The notes under the pieces are model-generated. The model was not told the origin of the DNA, searched no databases, and worked only from the letters and a program-made list of their open reading frames with translations. A program made the position numbers and the translations under genes. A DNA stretch of 64,000 nt from Lophium mytilinum (taxonomy: Eukaryota), in the NCBI GenBank assembly GCA_010093605.1, contig MU004199.1:1-64000 (forward strand), read 5' to 3'. Below, piece after piece: positions 12,295 to 24,541 of this stretch (its first letter is position 1; the number at the start of each line of letters is the position of its first letter).

Positions 12295-13663
12295 ATGAAC
12301 TCAATCGCATCGTTCTACCCACCGCTTTCGGAGCGTCGCCCCCTCCCCCCTTTGTACCTCCCAGCGAACTTCTTGTTGACTCTTCTACCCTTTTTGTTCC
12401 CTAACCGGCGTCTTGGGGTGCTAGTCACCCTGCCTATTCTCCTTCTGTTATGTATTCGAGCGCCGTTCTACACTTTTGGTAGTCCTTCCATGGACTATTA
12501 CAATAGCGGCCCGTTTCTGGCCATGCCGCTCTGGTACTTTGATTTCCTCATATTTACTCCTGCACGCGGATCCGATGCACCTGTCTTCATCGGACGATCT
12601 TCCACGGCGGCACGTTCGGGCAAGAGCAGGGCACCAAGCCAGAACGGAATCAACTCCGTGCTACGGAAACTTCGTTTCGCATTCCGTCTTATGATACCAG
12701 CGCATCGTGGCATTGGCTGGAACTGGCAAGTCAAGGGAGTACCCTCAGATCCCAATGCAAAGCTCTCGAAGATGATGTATGTGAGAGCACATCTCCAGCA
12801 CGTAATCTTCACATATCTGCGCTCAGTGGCCATGCTAGTTATCATGGGCTTTTGCTCGGCAGTGCAGAAAGAATATCGTCCCGGCCAAGATTGGGTGTCA
12901 AGCGCACTAGACGCTATGATTGGATGGTCCGGAGCGATTTGGGTCTGGGACCGACTCAATTGCTTCTACAGTGCTGCAGCTGCCTTATCGGTAGCAATTG
13001 GAGTGTGCGAAAGATGGGAATGGCCACCACTCACAGGGCAAATAAGGGATGCCTGGAGTGTGAGGCAGATGTGGAGGTATGCAGATCTGTCGGCGATTTC
13101 TGTTACGGTAGTATAAGTGAAACTAATCAACTCGTAGTGACGTCTATCATCAAGTTCTACGAAGGGTAGGTTCTGAGAATCCAGCTGTCTTATACAATGG
13201 AAGGTGAAATCCTAACGTGCGCTTTTAGATGCTTCAGCAACCAGCTATCCGGTTCATCCGTCTACTACGCCTCCGCAAAGGCAGTCTAGCCTCTCGCTAC
13301 AGCCAGCTCTACGTATCCTTCGCCATAAGCTGCCTCTTCCACGAATTTCAAATATTCAACGTAACGAGAAAAGACTCCGGGGAGCTTGCCTTCTTCATGT
13401 CGCAGCCCCTCGCCATTACAGCTGAAGATCTCGTACAATGGGCTTGGAAGAAGTGGAGAGGCCAAAGTCCGCACAATGGTCATGTTCGATTGCATAAGTC
13501 GATAGGTTATATTTGGGTATTCTTATGGTTCTCGTACTGCCTCCCGATGTACATCAAAAGCCTCAGAGATGCTGACATCATCCGCGATGTCCTCTTGGAG
13601 GCGTGGCCGTTAGAAAAAGGGTCCTCCATTGGCCTTACCATGGCGACTGCTCTGAAGGCGTAA
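12295..13663 (+). CDS. Membrane-bound O-acyltransferase (MBOAT_2 / wax-synthase / TRI7-like)
   Basis: Motifs RGIGWNWQV, WPPLTG..DAWSVRQMW, YHQVLRR and FAISCLFH. Introns ~13077-13137 and ~13166-13228 splice in frame. Confidence 0.85.
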
Positions 13664-14621
13664 ACTGCGACTTCGAGCCCTCTTTTCCTTTGTCACCGTC
13701 ATCTTCATGTCCTTCTACCTTTCTCGCATCCCCAAACACTGCTCATTAGATAGTTCATATACTCTCCTCTCTGATATCCTCTTTTCATTGCCACGACCTG
13801 CACGTTTCTTATACTCACGGCTCGGAAAGTACTATGCCTGACACCCATACGGACCTGTTAGAAAAAATACTTGCCCTGAAATGCTCAACGAGGCTGCGAG
13901 TAATTTCGACGTTGTTTTCCACAAATACCGTCTCTTCTTACCACATTTCGAAACTTCTTTCTCCCCTCAGCCCTCCCATCGTCCTGGACCCACGGTTTCA
14001 CGCGGCTACGGGTTCAACGCATTCCATCCTGCGATCTATAGCACTGTTCTCCGCAATATAGCCTTCTCTGATCAATACTCCGCTCCGCTAAAGCCTTTGA
14101 GCATTCGGCCTGAGGCCTGGATCACCGTCTCAATAGACGAAATCACAACAGGACGACGTGTGTAGAAGGCTGGTCGCCAAGCGCTTACTTCACGGACTTC
14201 TGATGAGACTCATGTCAGCTGCGACGTCCGCTGGAACACCGAAAGGAAGAGGTGGTACGACTATGGGTTTTTAATGTCTACCGCAGAAGGCGTAAAAGCT
14301 GCCACAGAACCAAGACCGATAGCGAAGTTGTGACCATGGTGGTCAATTTAACAAGAAATACCTCCGCGAATAGAGGCATAATCAATGACGCGCTCAGATT
14401 GGCGATGTTTTTGTTTCCGGTGGTGCAAGGTGCGAGGTGTCAGAGGTAAGGTGGTCGGACAGCTTCCACGCGCATGCAAGAGCTATTTGCTTAGTCAAAT
14501 AATAATCCAAACCTACACATAAAGCACTATTGACTTCGTATAAAACACCACTGAATTCGTTCCACTATTCAATTTAATATCTTGTCGCAATGCTTTTCAC
14601 TTAAACACCGTTTCATCGCGT

Positions 14622-16454
14622 CTATTCACCGTTCCACTCGTCGAAGTTCCGGATCGAATCTACGCAGCATTAGCAAGTACCCTACCCCTATTGATATAGT
14701 TCTATCAATTCATCTGAACTCACCGTAGTACACCTTTATTCCCTCCACATGCGCATCCATGCGCATCTTTTCGACTGCCCAATGTGTATTCACTCTCGAG
14801 CCTTCCCTAGCAGGAGTAAACCGATAGATATTCGTAGTCAAGCTCCAGTAGTGCTGGGTGTCGGTATTTCCGGTCATGATGTCGCCAACAGGAACGACGC
14901 GTCTTGGTCGATCGTGAGTTTTCTGGGAATTAGAAGAGGGACGCTGGAAAACACTCCGAAGGGTCCCAGCGAATACCGACCAGACCTGGTTATTGGTCGG
15001 CGAGATAGGAGCGAGATCAAGGCTTCGGGGGAAGGAGAAGATCAGTGTGCCCGTGCTGGTGGCGTTCTGAGAGTTGGAGACATGAGCGCTCGGGCCCATA
15101 ATTTGAATGCCGTAGCTCGCAGCTATAGGTTCAAGGACGTCGTGTACGTGTTGATTAACGACCTCAATCGATTCATGAGGTATGATGCGGTGGTTGATTA
15201 GCACCATGACCGTTTCCGGGAGGGCATTGCCTTGACGCCTACTGCAAAGACGTCCACGGCCTGACTTGTCTGCATGAGCCACCGCTCCTCGTGAGAACTC
15301 TCCGCTAATCTGGTGGCTACCTCTTCTTCATCCCCATTTTGCAGGGCCTCCTTCAGCCACGGCTCTACCTCGCTAGGAGAATAAGTAGCTCTACACTCCA
15401 GCACCCTCCGAAAGGGGTTCGACTGCGTTAAACGCGGGACATATGGATGTCTCTCTATCGCAACCACCAAATCCGCCATTACTCCGATGCCGGATGTGGA
15501 GGTGGCTTCGAGCTATGGCCTCCTGTCGTGTGGAGGGTGAGTTCGATATCGTGATATCCCTTTTCCGCCACGGCGGGAAGCGGGTACAGAACGTCACCAA
15601 CTTCCTGCGCGCCCATGCCTCCCTCGTCCAGAAGAAATTCAAACGAGTCGATCCCCCATTCAGCAATAAGTGCTTGAGCCAGCTTTGCAGCGCCACGAAA
15701 GCCTCCGGACTCTTCATCGAAGCCGAAGGCTAGGCCTACCGTGCGTTTCGGAGTAAAGTCTTGAGAGATGAGGTCCTCCAGTGCCGATAATATCCCAACG
15801 AGCAGGTTTTTACAGTCATTGGAGCCGCGACCCCAGAGAAAAGTGCCGTCAAAGTGTGGAGAGAATGAAAGACATGTCCAGCCGGAGGTGGGCCCTGCTG
15901 GGGCGACATCTTGATGCGCAGTCAGAAGGAGAGGCTTTCTTGTCACGTCCGTACCATTGAAAGTGTAAAGCAAGCCGTAACGGTTCACTTTCTTAGGTTT
16001 GTAGTGGGAGTAGCTAATGTTGTCAATGGAAGACAGTACCAACGGTGGAATAGCTCACTTACATGAGTGGAAATAGTTCTTCGAGGATTGCATGGAAATC
16101 ATCGAATGTAGTCCACCTTGGATCCTCATCAACCTCTCCGTTATCATCAAAGCTCTCTGTTGGGGCTCGGACAGCTGCCGATAGCCGCTGGACTTGCATT
16201 TCGAGTACTCCAGGTTCGTCGAAGTGATCAGAAGAAAGTAGTGAGTCACTCAGCGGGGTTACGACGTCTGGTATTGGGCACCATCCTTTACTATCGCTGA
16301 CAGCTGGCTGGAAACTGATTCCGAATGGCCAAACGCTTCCAAAGCGGCACCAAACTATCACCGAAGCGAGTACTGACGCTAGGAAAGCAGATTGCAGAAA
16401 GCCAAACCGCCGCCGTGGCGGCATTGAGGGCAGAATTACTTGTGATTTCTCCAT
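14622..16454 (-). pseudogene. M20 family Gly-Xaa carboxypeptidase (CPS1-like) with two frameshifts
   Basis: N-terminal TM helix, then LLTAHQDV, WGRGSNDCK, GFDEE, LDEGG, AEKGY, GGHSS, NALPE, INHRI and MTGNTDT. Single-base losses at ~15490 (PPH-TGIG) and ~15230 (GVK-NALPE). Introns near 16012-16060 and 14660-14724. Confidence 0.82.
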
Positions 16455-16754
16455 TCTAATGTAATCTTCAGCCTGTAAGATTGGAATCCGAAATCAAGAC
16501 TCATAACCCATATACCTACATCGAGGACGCTGGCGAGGACTCGTCAAGCCTTGTCGCTTACATGTTGCCTGATTAGGACACCTAGTGCTCCACACAATGC
16601 TTATCTCGTCACGCGAAGATGAGCACTCATGCAGTATCATTGCATGAAGAGTGGAGCATCAGGAGTTCAGGAATTGTTCTTTCGCATACTCTATACGTGT
16701 CTGATCACGCGCGATTCAAACAGCAAACCGCACTCCGCGGAGCACGGTGCAGCC

Positions 16755-18759
16755 TCAGATTACGAAGATTCCAGTTGTTCGTTTCATTATTTCAATGAAA
16801 TCAACTCGCGTACCCCGCGTATTTTGCTCATCCAAGACGTGCTCGAGCAGTAGTCACGTTTTGCGAAAGTAAGTGCCCCATACCTCCGCTTCCGACAACG
16901 TCTTTAGTACCCATCCCTGGTAGACGCAGTCGCTGGCCTCGATACCAGCGAGGAACAAGATGCGTGGCCACACATTTTGCGGTGACGGTGGCCGGCTTTG
17001 ACTGATTCAAAGAGCGATGCGGATGATTCGAGCCGAGGCCACCCCAGAGTTGATCAAATCGTCGGCATCGTCGTGCCTTGCGCAACGTGACATCATCCGG
17101 TGATACGTGATTGCGATACTGTAGATGTTTGCTAGTAAAAGAAGCCAGTTGAAATGTTTCGCCGTGAGCTTGCCTCCCAATGATCGAGAAGGGTTCGCGA
17201 CCGCAGATACTGCGGGCGCAATGAGTGGGCTACCTTCCACCCTGTCTAGAGTGGTCAATAGATCGATGCGGATGGATGCAAAGATGGAGGCGGGCGCGAT
17301 GCCACTTTTCGTAGGCAATTGAAGAATGGAACTTTCGAGCACATCTAGATCCAGCATCAGTCTCAAACACGACTTGAGATCAGCCGTTGCGGGATCGCTG
17401 GATGCACCTGGAAATGCAGCACCAATAAAGTCATGACCGCCGCTGAGGGGCTCCAGATTCTGCAGCAAGCGGCCTTTGCTGCCCGCGTGCGAAGCCCTGG
17501 CGTCGTATGACCCGAGCCAGACTAGCACACGAGCACCAAGCGGCCCAAGTGGAAGTACTTTCCCTCCAGCTTTCAAATGACGCCGATGGGCCTCGACAAT
17601 ATCAGCGGCGTATTCGAGGTGTTGACAGAATGACTCCACATCGCGAGCAGCTAGAAGCTCGTGTTGAAGAAGAAACCAGATGGTGACAATAAAATGCTCA
17701 AAGTGCTGGGCAATATCTTGATCAGCGTGCATCGAGGCGATAGCATGATTATAACGCTCTCTGGCTGTCTCAGGATGGAACTCTGATTTGGTTTGGCCAA
17801 GATGCAACTCGGTCCAGGCCATGATGGCGTTGTAAAGTGGAGCATAGAAGAGGGCCATGTTACTGAAGATTTGACTGTAGATGCGATCGCTTCCTGTATG
17901 ACGGATCTTGGTGTAGCGGCTCATAACATTCAGGTAATGCTGGATAAGTTCGTGGTCTTGAGGACGAACAATGACGCCCTCAGAAGGCTTCGTGCATGTC
18001 CTTGATGTGCCAGTAGGGTCAGCAGCATTGTGACCCCGGAGTGGATCTATTCGCTCATGTTGCAGATCCGAAGGAAATTGGTAACCTCGAGAAGGCACTT
18101 CGAAGGCTAAGGAAAAAGCAATTGGCTGGTCTGTTGCGGTGACCGGCCATTCCACTGCGAAGAAATCGAAGTTCAAGTCCAAGTCGAAGCACATAGGTGC
18201 AATCCCTGTGTCATGGTCTAGGAGTACATCTCCAGAGCTTGGGGACGCTTCCAAAAGGGTTGCCAATGGTGGTGACACTACAGAGTTGGCGGAAACGACT
18301 TGCTGATCTAGCCGAGAAACATATCGAAGGGATGGCGCATCGTCATCAGGAGCATCATTATAGACTGGGGATGAGACGACGACGGCAGTGCCGCTCAAGG
18401 CCTCAGCCGGGGAGGACTTGGCCTGGTCTGAAGTTTGACTCTGCGGCTGTTGAGGATCACACGATCCGCCGAAAGGAACGTCACACGGAAGCAAGTTGGT
18501 GTACGGAGAGTCGACGAAGCGCACGCGGTATTTCGAAGTCCTCGTGATGTCGAACCCAGTTTGGGCCGAACGATCGAAGGTGCAGTCAAGGCCGAGGCGG
18601 CTGCACGCACCGCAAGCAGGCGTCTTTTCATCGCATCGAACTCTGCGGCGTCGACAGGAGAGGCAGCCTTCAAACCCGTTTAGTAACCTTGGGGTTATTC
18701 TATAGCATACGCATTGGAAGCTTACCTGTCTTTGATCGTCGGGTTCGCCCGGGTTTCAT
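16755..18759 (-). pseudogene. Zn(II)2Cys6 transcription factor with two premature TGA stops
   Basis: Exon 1 MKPGRTRRSKTG (18759-18726), intron 18668-18725, then CLSCRRRRVRCDEKTPACGACSRLGLDC. The frame continues past TGA 17007 and TGA 16854 as VWPRILFLAGIEASD..WVL..EVWG..RKT*LLLE..RVD..FVI to TGA 16755. Confidence 0.85.
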
Positions 18760-19029
18760 CCTCGCTTCCCAAACGCGCTGTATGGCAATCCAAGAGGAGC
18801 GCACGCACAAGGCTGGTCGTGGTGGAGTGGTGTAGTGCTGATGGAGCGGGCGGCCTCCGGATTTGGGTTCGCATGCGTCACGTGGAGGTAATGCTCGCTT
18901 ACGCACTTCTGCATCGGAAATTGGTCGGCGATAGCGATGCGATGGCCAAGTCCAAAGGGGCAAGAGAGCAGACGACGTCGCCCGCGTCCCATCTACACGA
19001 CTCAACACCATGGCTGAATCCTCGCGAGA

Positions 19030-19115
19030 TCGTGATAAGCCCACGGCTAGCTATCGAGCTGGTTGTGGTTAAAAGTCCATGACCACGCTAGCGATCAGCA
19101 TGTCCGATTTATCGC
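19030..19115. promoter_or_regulatory. Possible GATA (AreA-type) sites upstream of the MFS permease
   Basis: GATAAG at 19034, CTATC at 19051 and TTATC at 19109, all within 140 bp of the ATG. These are short motifs and could occur by chance. Confidence 0.25.
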
Positions 19116-19172
19116 CTCAGACATCCTGCAGCTCTATTGCCCTGCATACCATTCTGTTGTCCATTAGTCGTC

Positions 19173-20796
19173 ATGGAAGCCGAGGAAGTCCAACCCTCCC
19201 TCGACGTCGAGCCTGTTAAGACGGTCCCGGGTGACTCGTGGCCGGTGGAGAGCAAAGTCGACAATGCCTACGAGTTCATGAAGCACCATGCCGCAGGGCC
19301 GTTGACTCCTGAGGACAACAAGCGCATCCTAAGAAAGATTGACACCCATCTTCTGCCTCTTGTACGTTTCAAAGTTTCACATTGAAACACCTTTCCTAAC
19401 ATTTGCAGATGATCAATACCTATACCCTCAACTTCATGGACAAGAATGCTTTGTCATACTCGGCCAACTTTGGATTGATCAAGGACAACGTAAGTAAGCC
19501 ATTTCGGCAGCGGCCAGAGCAGTCTCTGATGAAAGATAGGGACATCACGGAAAGCAGTATAGCTGGGCGTCTGGATCCATCTTCTATCTCGCCTACATGG
19601 TGTCGCAGCCAGTGGTCGCCCGCTTGATCGTGCGCTTCCCCGTTGGCCGCTTCGTTACAATCGCTACGATTTTGTGGGGCGCCGTCTTGATGGCCATTGC
19701 CGCTTCGCGGTCTTCTGCCAGTCTCATGTCCATCCGTGCTATCCTTGGCTGCATGGAGTCGTGCATCAATCCCGCATTCATCGTCATCTCGTCTCAGTGG
19801 TGGACACGTGACGAGCAGCCCCTTTGCATAACCTTCTGGTATCTCGGAAACTCCATTGGCCAGGTCTGTAGAGGTCTATTGGGCTACAACACTGCCCATA
19901 TCGGATGTCATGCCATACCAAGCTGGTCCTACTTCTTCATCATCTTTGGTGCCATAACAATCTTATATGGCAGCTTTCTGTTCTACTACCTGCCCGACTC
20001 TCCCATGCACGCCCGTTGGCTCTCTGACTCGGACCGTGCGTTGGCTGTTGAGCGTGTACGAGGAAACCGGACTGGTATCAAAACTCACGTGTGGAAGTGG
20101 CGTAAATGCCGGGAGTGCTTCACCGACATTCAGTGCTGGATTCTGGTGGCTACATTCTTCCTTGATGATATCCCTGCTGGAGGTGTGGCTTCGTTTGGCA
20201 GCATTGTAGTCAAAGGTTTCGGCTACAGTGCGCTAAACTCAACCCTTCTTCTTGTGCCCTTGAGTGTCATTCAAGCCATCACCATCCTTTTCGGAGGCTT
20301 CATGACAACCCGTTTCACGAATATCCGACCCTGGCTTATCACCGGCTGCCAAATTCCCGCTCTTATTGGCGCCATACTTCTCTACACTTTGCCTCGCTCT
20401 AACCAGCGTGGTCTACTTGGATCCTACTACGTAGTGCAAACGCACGGTATCGTCGGCACGCTCACGATGTCCCTCGTCTCGAGCAACTTTGCGGGCTACA
20501 CTAAGAAGGGCACGGTGGGAGCCATGATGTACGTCGCCTTCTGCGTAGGCCAGGTCGTGGCTCCACAGCTCTTTCTCTCCCCGGAAGCGCCTGTGTACCA
20601 GACAGCATTCCAAGCTTCCTTCACTTGCTTTGCGCTTTGCATTGCGCTCAGCCTTGTGCTTTGCTTTTACCTGATTTGGGAGAATAAGAGGCGTGATAAG
20701 CTTGCGAACGAGAAAACAGAGGCACAAACGGCGGAGAGCGAGTTTCTGGAACTGACGGATAAGCAGCAGAGGGAGGTGTTCCGGTACCGTTACTGA
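19173..20796 (+). CDS. MFS transporter, allantoate permease (DAL5/ACS) family
   Basis: Motifs RILRKIDTHLLPL, NFMDK, QYSW..SIFY, WWTRDEQP, LPDSPM.ARWL, SNFAGYTKK, ENKRRD and C-terminal LTDKQ..FRY. Introns 19362-19408 and ~19490-19539 splice in frame. Confidence 0.9.
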
Positions 20797-21294
20797 TCCT
20801 TCAAGAGATGGCATAGTATGCAAGGAAGTATACTCGATGAAAGTAAATGCTTAACTCTTTGCTAATCTTCGTAATTTCAAGTTACACGTCATAGAGGCTA
20901 AGCCTTCGCGTTTGAGGCAATTCGAATGCAGACTAGTTAAGTTTAGAAATGCCCAATCTCTATTTCGCACGCGACATTCGCTACTATGCCATGTCGCTCG
21001 ATTGATGCAATAAGATATCAGGAATGTTCGTGATATTGATGCTTCATTCAACCGCCGAGCTCGGGCTTATAAGTATCCATTCGGCTATTATAAATCACCA
21101 AGTCCGCCGGCGCTTTCAACTCCCATCGTAAGCGAGCGAATTAAAATTGGTCTGTATACAAGTCCTCCGCTTCGGCGGAACTACATCGTTGATTGTAAAC
21201 GCTGAACTACAATGTTGATTATCAATGATGCCGATAGAATTCTTACTACGCCGAAGTCCTAGTTTGGGCATACACATCTATATAGCAGGCAAGG

Positions 21295-21391
21295 ACTTCT
21301 TGCTTAACAGCATATACGCCTGATTTCTTCCTACACTTAATCAGAACTTCTTGCTTAACAGCATATACACCTAAATTCTCCCTACACTCAA
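21295..21391. repeat. Imperfect 51-bp tandem duplication upstream of the SDR start
   Basis: acttcttgcttaacagcatatac occurs at 21295 and 21346. Confidence 0.9.
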
Positions 21392-21395
21392 CATC

Positions 21396-22158
21396 ATGCC
21401 CAGCACGTCTCCCGTTATCCTCATCCTTGGCGCAGGGCCCAATATCGGCCAGGCAGTCGCTCGGACCTTTGCCTCGAAAGGCTACAAGGTTGCCCTCGCA
21501 TCCCGGTCACTGAGGGAGGCAGACAGCACAGACGATCAACTCAACATTACAAGTGACTTCGCCAACCCTGACGATGTTGTCAACGCTTTTACAAGAGTGA
21601 GAAAGGTGCTAGGCATCCCAAGCGTAGTAGTTTACAATGCTTCCGCCTACACGCCTTCTCCTCCCAACGACCCGTTCGCAATCCCATTGGCTGGTTTCAA
21701 CCGAGACATGACCATCAACACCACTAGTGCTTTTGTTGCTGCGCAACAAGCCGTCCTCGGCTTCGCGGAGCTCCCTGCTCATGCAGCAAGGTCGTTCTTC
21801 TTCACGGGGAATATTCTAAACGTCGCAGTTCTCCCGGGGTTTATGGACGCGGGCACAGGCAAGTCCGCGTCCGCACACATGATGATGGCTGCTGCCGCTG
21901 CATACAAAGACCGAGGATTCAAGTATGCCGTCCCTGCCATTCCTGAATACGTTGGTAAAGTGACTAATACTATGTAGGTTCTACTATGCCGACCAACGGA
22001 AGGCGGACGGCACGGCCGTTTTCAAGGTGGACGGAGGGGCGCATGGGAAACTCTTCTGGGAGCTCGCAGAGGCGAACACGCAGGGCCCGTGGTTTCAGAC
22101 GTTCGTCAAGGATGTGGGATATAAAAGCTTCGATAGCCTGTATCAAGATTCACTCTAG
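21396..22158 (+). CDS. Short-chain dehydrogenase/reductase
   Basis: ILGAGPNIG Rossmann motif, VVVYNA and FFTGN. Intron 21923-21977, then FYYADQRKADG...FVKDVGY. Confidence 0.9.
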
Positions 22159-22507
22159 CTCAGCACTATGTATCAAAGAGGTTATCCAGCGACCGTTAGT
22201 TGGGTGAATAAAGACAGCTTAATACACATTCATTGATTCACGTCAATCACTCGAGTCCTAGCTGGTTCTTAAATAAGAAACCTCGATTTTGATTGTCTAA
22301 ATATATCATCTCTCTCCATAATGTACTCTCCACACCACCACCACACTTAACACCATACCTAGTCACACGGAGTACCGGTTCCGCTCGACACCGTCAATCA
22401 TTGTGGAGCGAAGCTCAAAGTACGTCAAAAAGGAACCTTAAATAGGATAGAGAGTAGGCATTAGTCGAGGACGCCCTCTTCTCGACGCCGTATTCTTAGC
22501 ACACAAA

Positions 22508-23455
22508 ATGTCCTTAGTGTGGAAGGCCTCCGAGAAGATCGACGACTCGCGCATCAGCTTCCTGGACTTATCACTCGAGCTGCGCGAACCCATTTACGAA
22601 GAGCTTCTCGTCTTCGACAAAGTCCGCACCGTCACATACGATCCGAAGACAGGGCCATACAAACTGGTCTGGTACCAGGGCAAGAGCAGCACCACCAACA
22701 ACGTGTACAAGGACGTGGACTCTGTGATCATGACGATCTGCCGGCAGCTGTACGCCGAGGCCACCCACACCTTCCGAACTCGCAATACTTTCATCAGCAA
22801 TCAAATGCTCTATGGCCTCAGCAAGCCTATTCGATTGAATACGGAAATTGAAAATATAAGCACGATTACACTCAACGATAGGCGTATCTACGACACTATT
22901 GCTTCAGCAGTTCTCCACTTCCACCTCCTTTCCATCACCGAGTTCGAAGTCCCAGTCAGCTGGTCCAACAGGCCTCTCAAGATGCGTCCTTGGCTTGACG
23001 GGCCGCAGCTGCGTTCGACTCAGTTCCAGTCCATTAAGAAGGGGACGTTCGTCATGATCAAAGCCTGCTGTTGCGCTAATCACGCCCGTGGCCGCATTTG
23101 CGACTGTTTCTACGAGGGTGAGTGCCCGGTGTGGAAATTCTTCCGGGACCCGACCGAAGAGATCACGATGGCTGCGTTCAATCATGCGGTAGAGTACTGG
23201 AAGGAGGCGTTAGGGTGGAACTTGGGAAGGGGCGTGCCGGAGTGGGTTGAGTTCCGGTTCGATCCTCCAGTGATGAGGATCCTGTGTCCGATCAACGGGC
23301 GGCCCGTGTATGTGGATCTGGCGGAGGTTTGGGCTGTCTTGAAGAAATGCCGGCCGGTTGTGGAACCTGCGAAGGCTGTGGGTAAGAAGCGGCCACGCGA
23401 AGGGGCGGATGATGGGGAGGGCTTAGCGGAGAAGAAGGCTAAGGTTGAGGCTTGA
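22508..23455 (+). CDS. Hypothetical protein with N-terminal F-box-like motif and C-terminal basic NLS-like tail
   Basis: SFLDLSLELREPIYEELL at the N-terminus and KKRPRE...EKKAKVEA at the end. 315-aa ORF with coding-like codon use. Confidence 0.65.
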   Translation: MSLVWKASEKIDDSRISFLDLSLELREPIYEELLVFDKVRTVTYDPKTGPYKLVWYQGKSSTTNNVYKDVDSVIMTICRQLYAEATHTFRTRNTFISNQMLYGLSKPIRLNTEIENISTITLNDRRIYDTIASAVLHFHLLSITEFEVPVSWSNRPLKMRPWLDGPQLRSTQFQSIKKGTFVMIKACCCANHARGRICDCFYEGECPVWKFFRDPTEEITMAAFNHAVEYWKEALGWNLGRGVPEWVEFRFDPPVMRILCPINGRPVYVDLAEVWAVLKKCRPVVEPAKAVGKKRPREGADDGEGLAEKKAKVEA

Positions 23456-24541
23456 ATCATGTGTGCGACTCTTGGCGAGGTTGAAGCCCCTCTGAGGGGT
23501 AGATAACTACTCGAGTGCGATGTCGTGAAACTGAATTGAAAGTCTTGAAATGAAAATAATTAATCGCGTTCACTTTGTCAGTCTCGTGATGCGGACTGAA
23601 GTGTCCCAGACCACTACTGATTTACCGGCAAGGATGTTAAGTTCGGCATTCGTAGCTTTGACCCCATAGATTTGGAATAGTCTTCAAGAAAGACTATGAA
23701 GTGAGGGGCGTCTGAAGAACTCACGTGATATAGCAGCTCTCAGGCCCCACGGTCCATATCATGGGTAAAGAACCCGACGTCTTCTATCTTGGGCTCGTTT
23801 ATCGTGACAGCGGCTCAGTAATACTACATCATCTATCCAAATCGAGTCGTGACTGCAGCGGAATCGAAGTCTAGTAAAAGGCCAAGGGTACGTAACCGGG
23901 GTGTATCGTCCTTTGAAGCCCACCATGCTCACAGGCCTAAAAACAGAGCCGCTTCGGCTACACTTATGTATACTATGTCCGCCTAATCCCCTTCACTTCT
24001 ATGTCGTCGATCTACCTCGTTGCTTTCGTCAGAAAATGGGGGATGAGTAAGGACATAAACCTACGCTAAGGCTCTTCTAGCTACTAGCTTCATGCAGCTA
24101 CTGCATGGATGCTGCAGGGCTGCACAGTCATCGCTAGCCGAGAGAAATAGTACGCTATATTTAGGTTGGTTGCAGACCGGTCGACGCTTGGCCCTGACGA
24201 CTTCTCTGCAGATGCAGAGGCTTGAGGTTGAACTGGAGATGTTGTGAATAGTGGTGTGGAGATCGGATTTATATATAGAAAAGAGGAGATCTTGGAGGTA
24301 TTTGGGGAGCTGTACATAAAATGAGCGGTTCCTTTGACGTTCAACGCATTTAGCATCGTTCAATTGAGCTGTCCGCTTTCATTCTTCCCTTCAAGTCAAA
24401 TAAATCTCCAATAACCTCCGATTGCCTTCCTTTTCGCAGCGTTTTATCATCTCGGTCTCGGCAATATGGCACCGAAGCTCGTTTTAGGCACGTACGGTAC
24501 TGGCTCTGCATGGTTGAAGTGAGCACTCACCTAAGAACCCA

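Noticed and set aside
13700..14450. Possible gene relic between the MBOAT and M20 genes
   Set aside because: Only short ORFs are present, with no recognisable motif on either strand.
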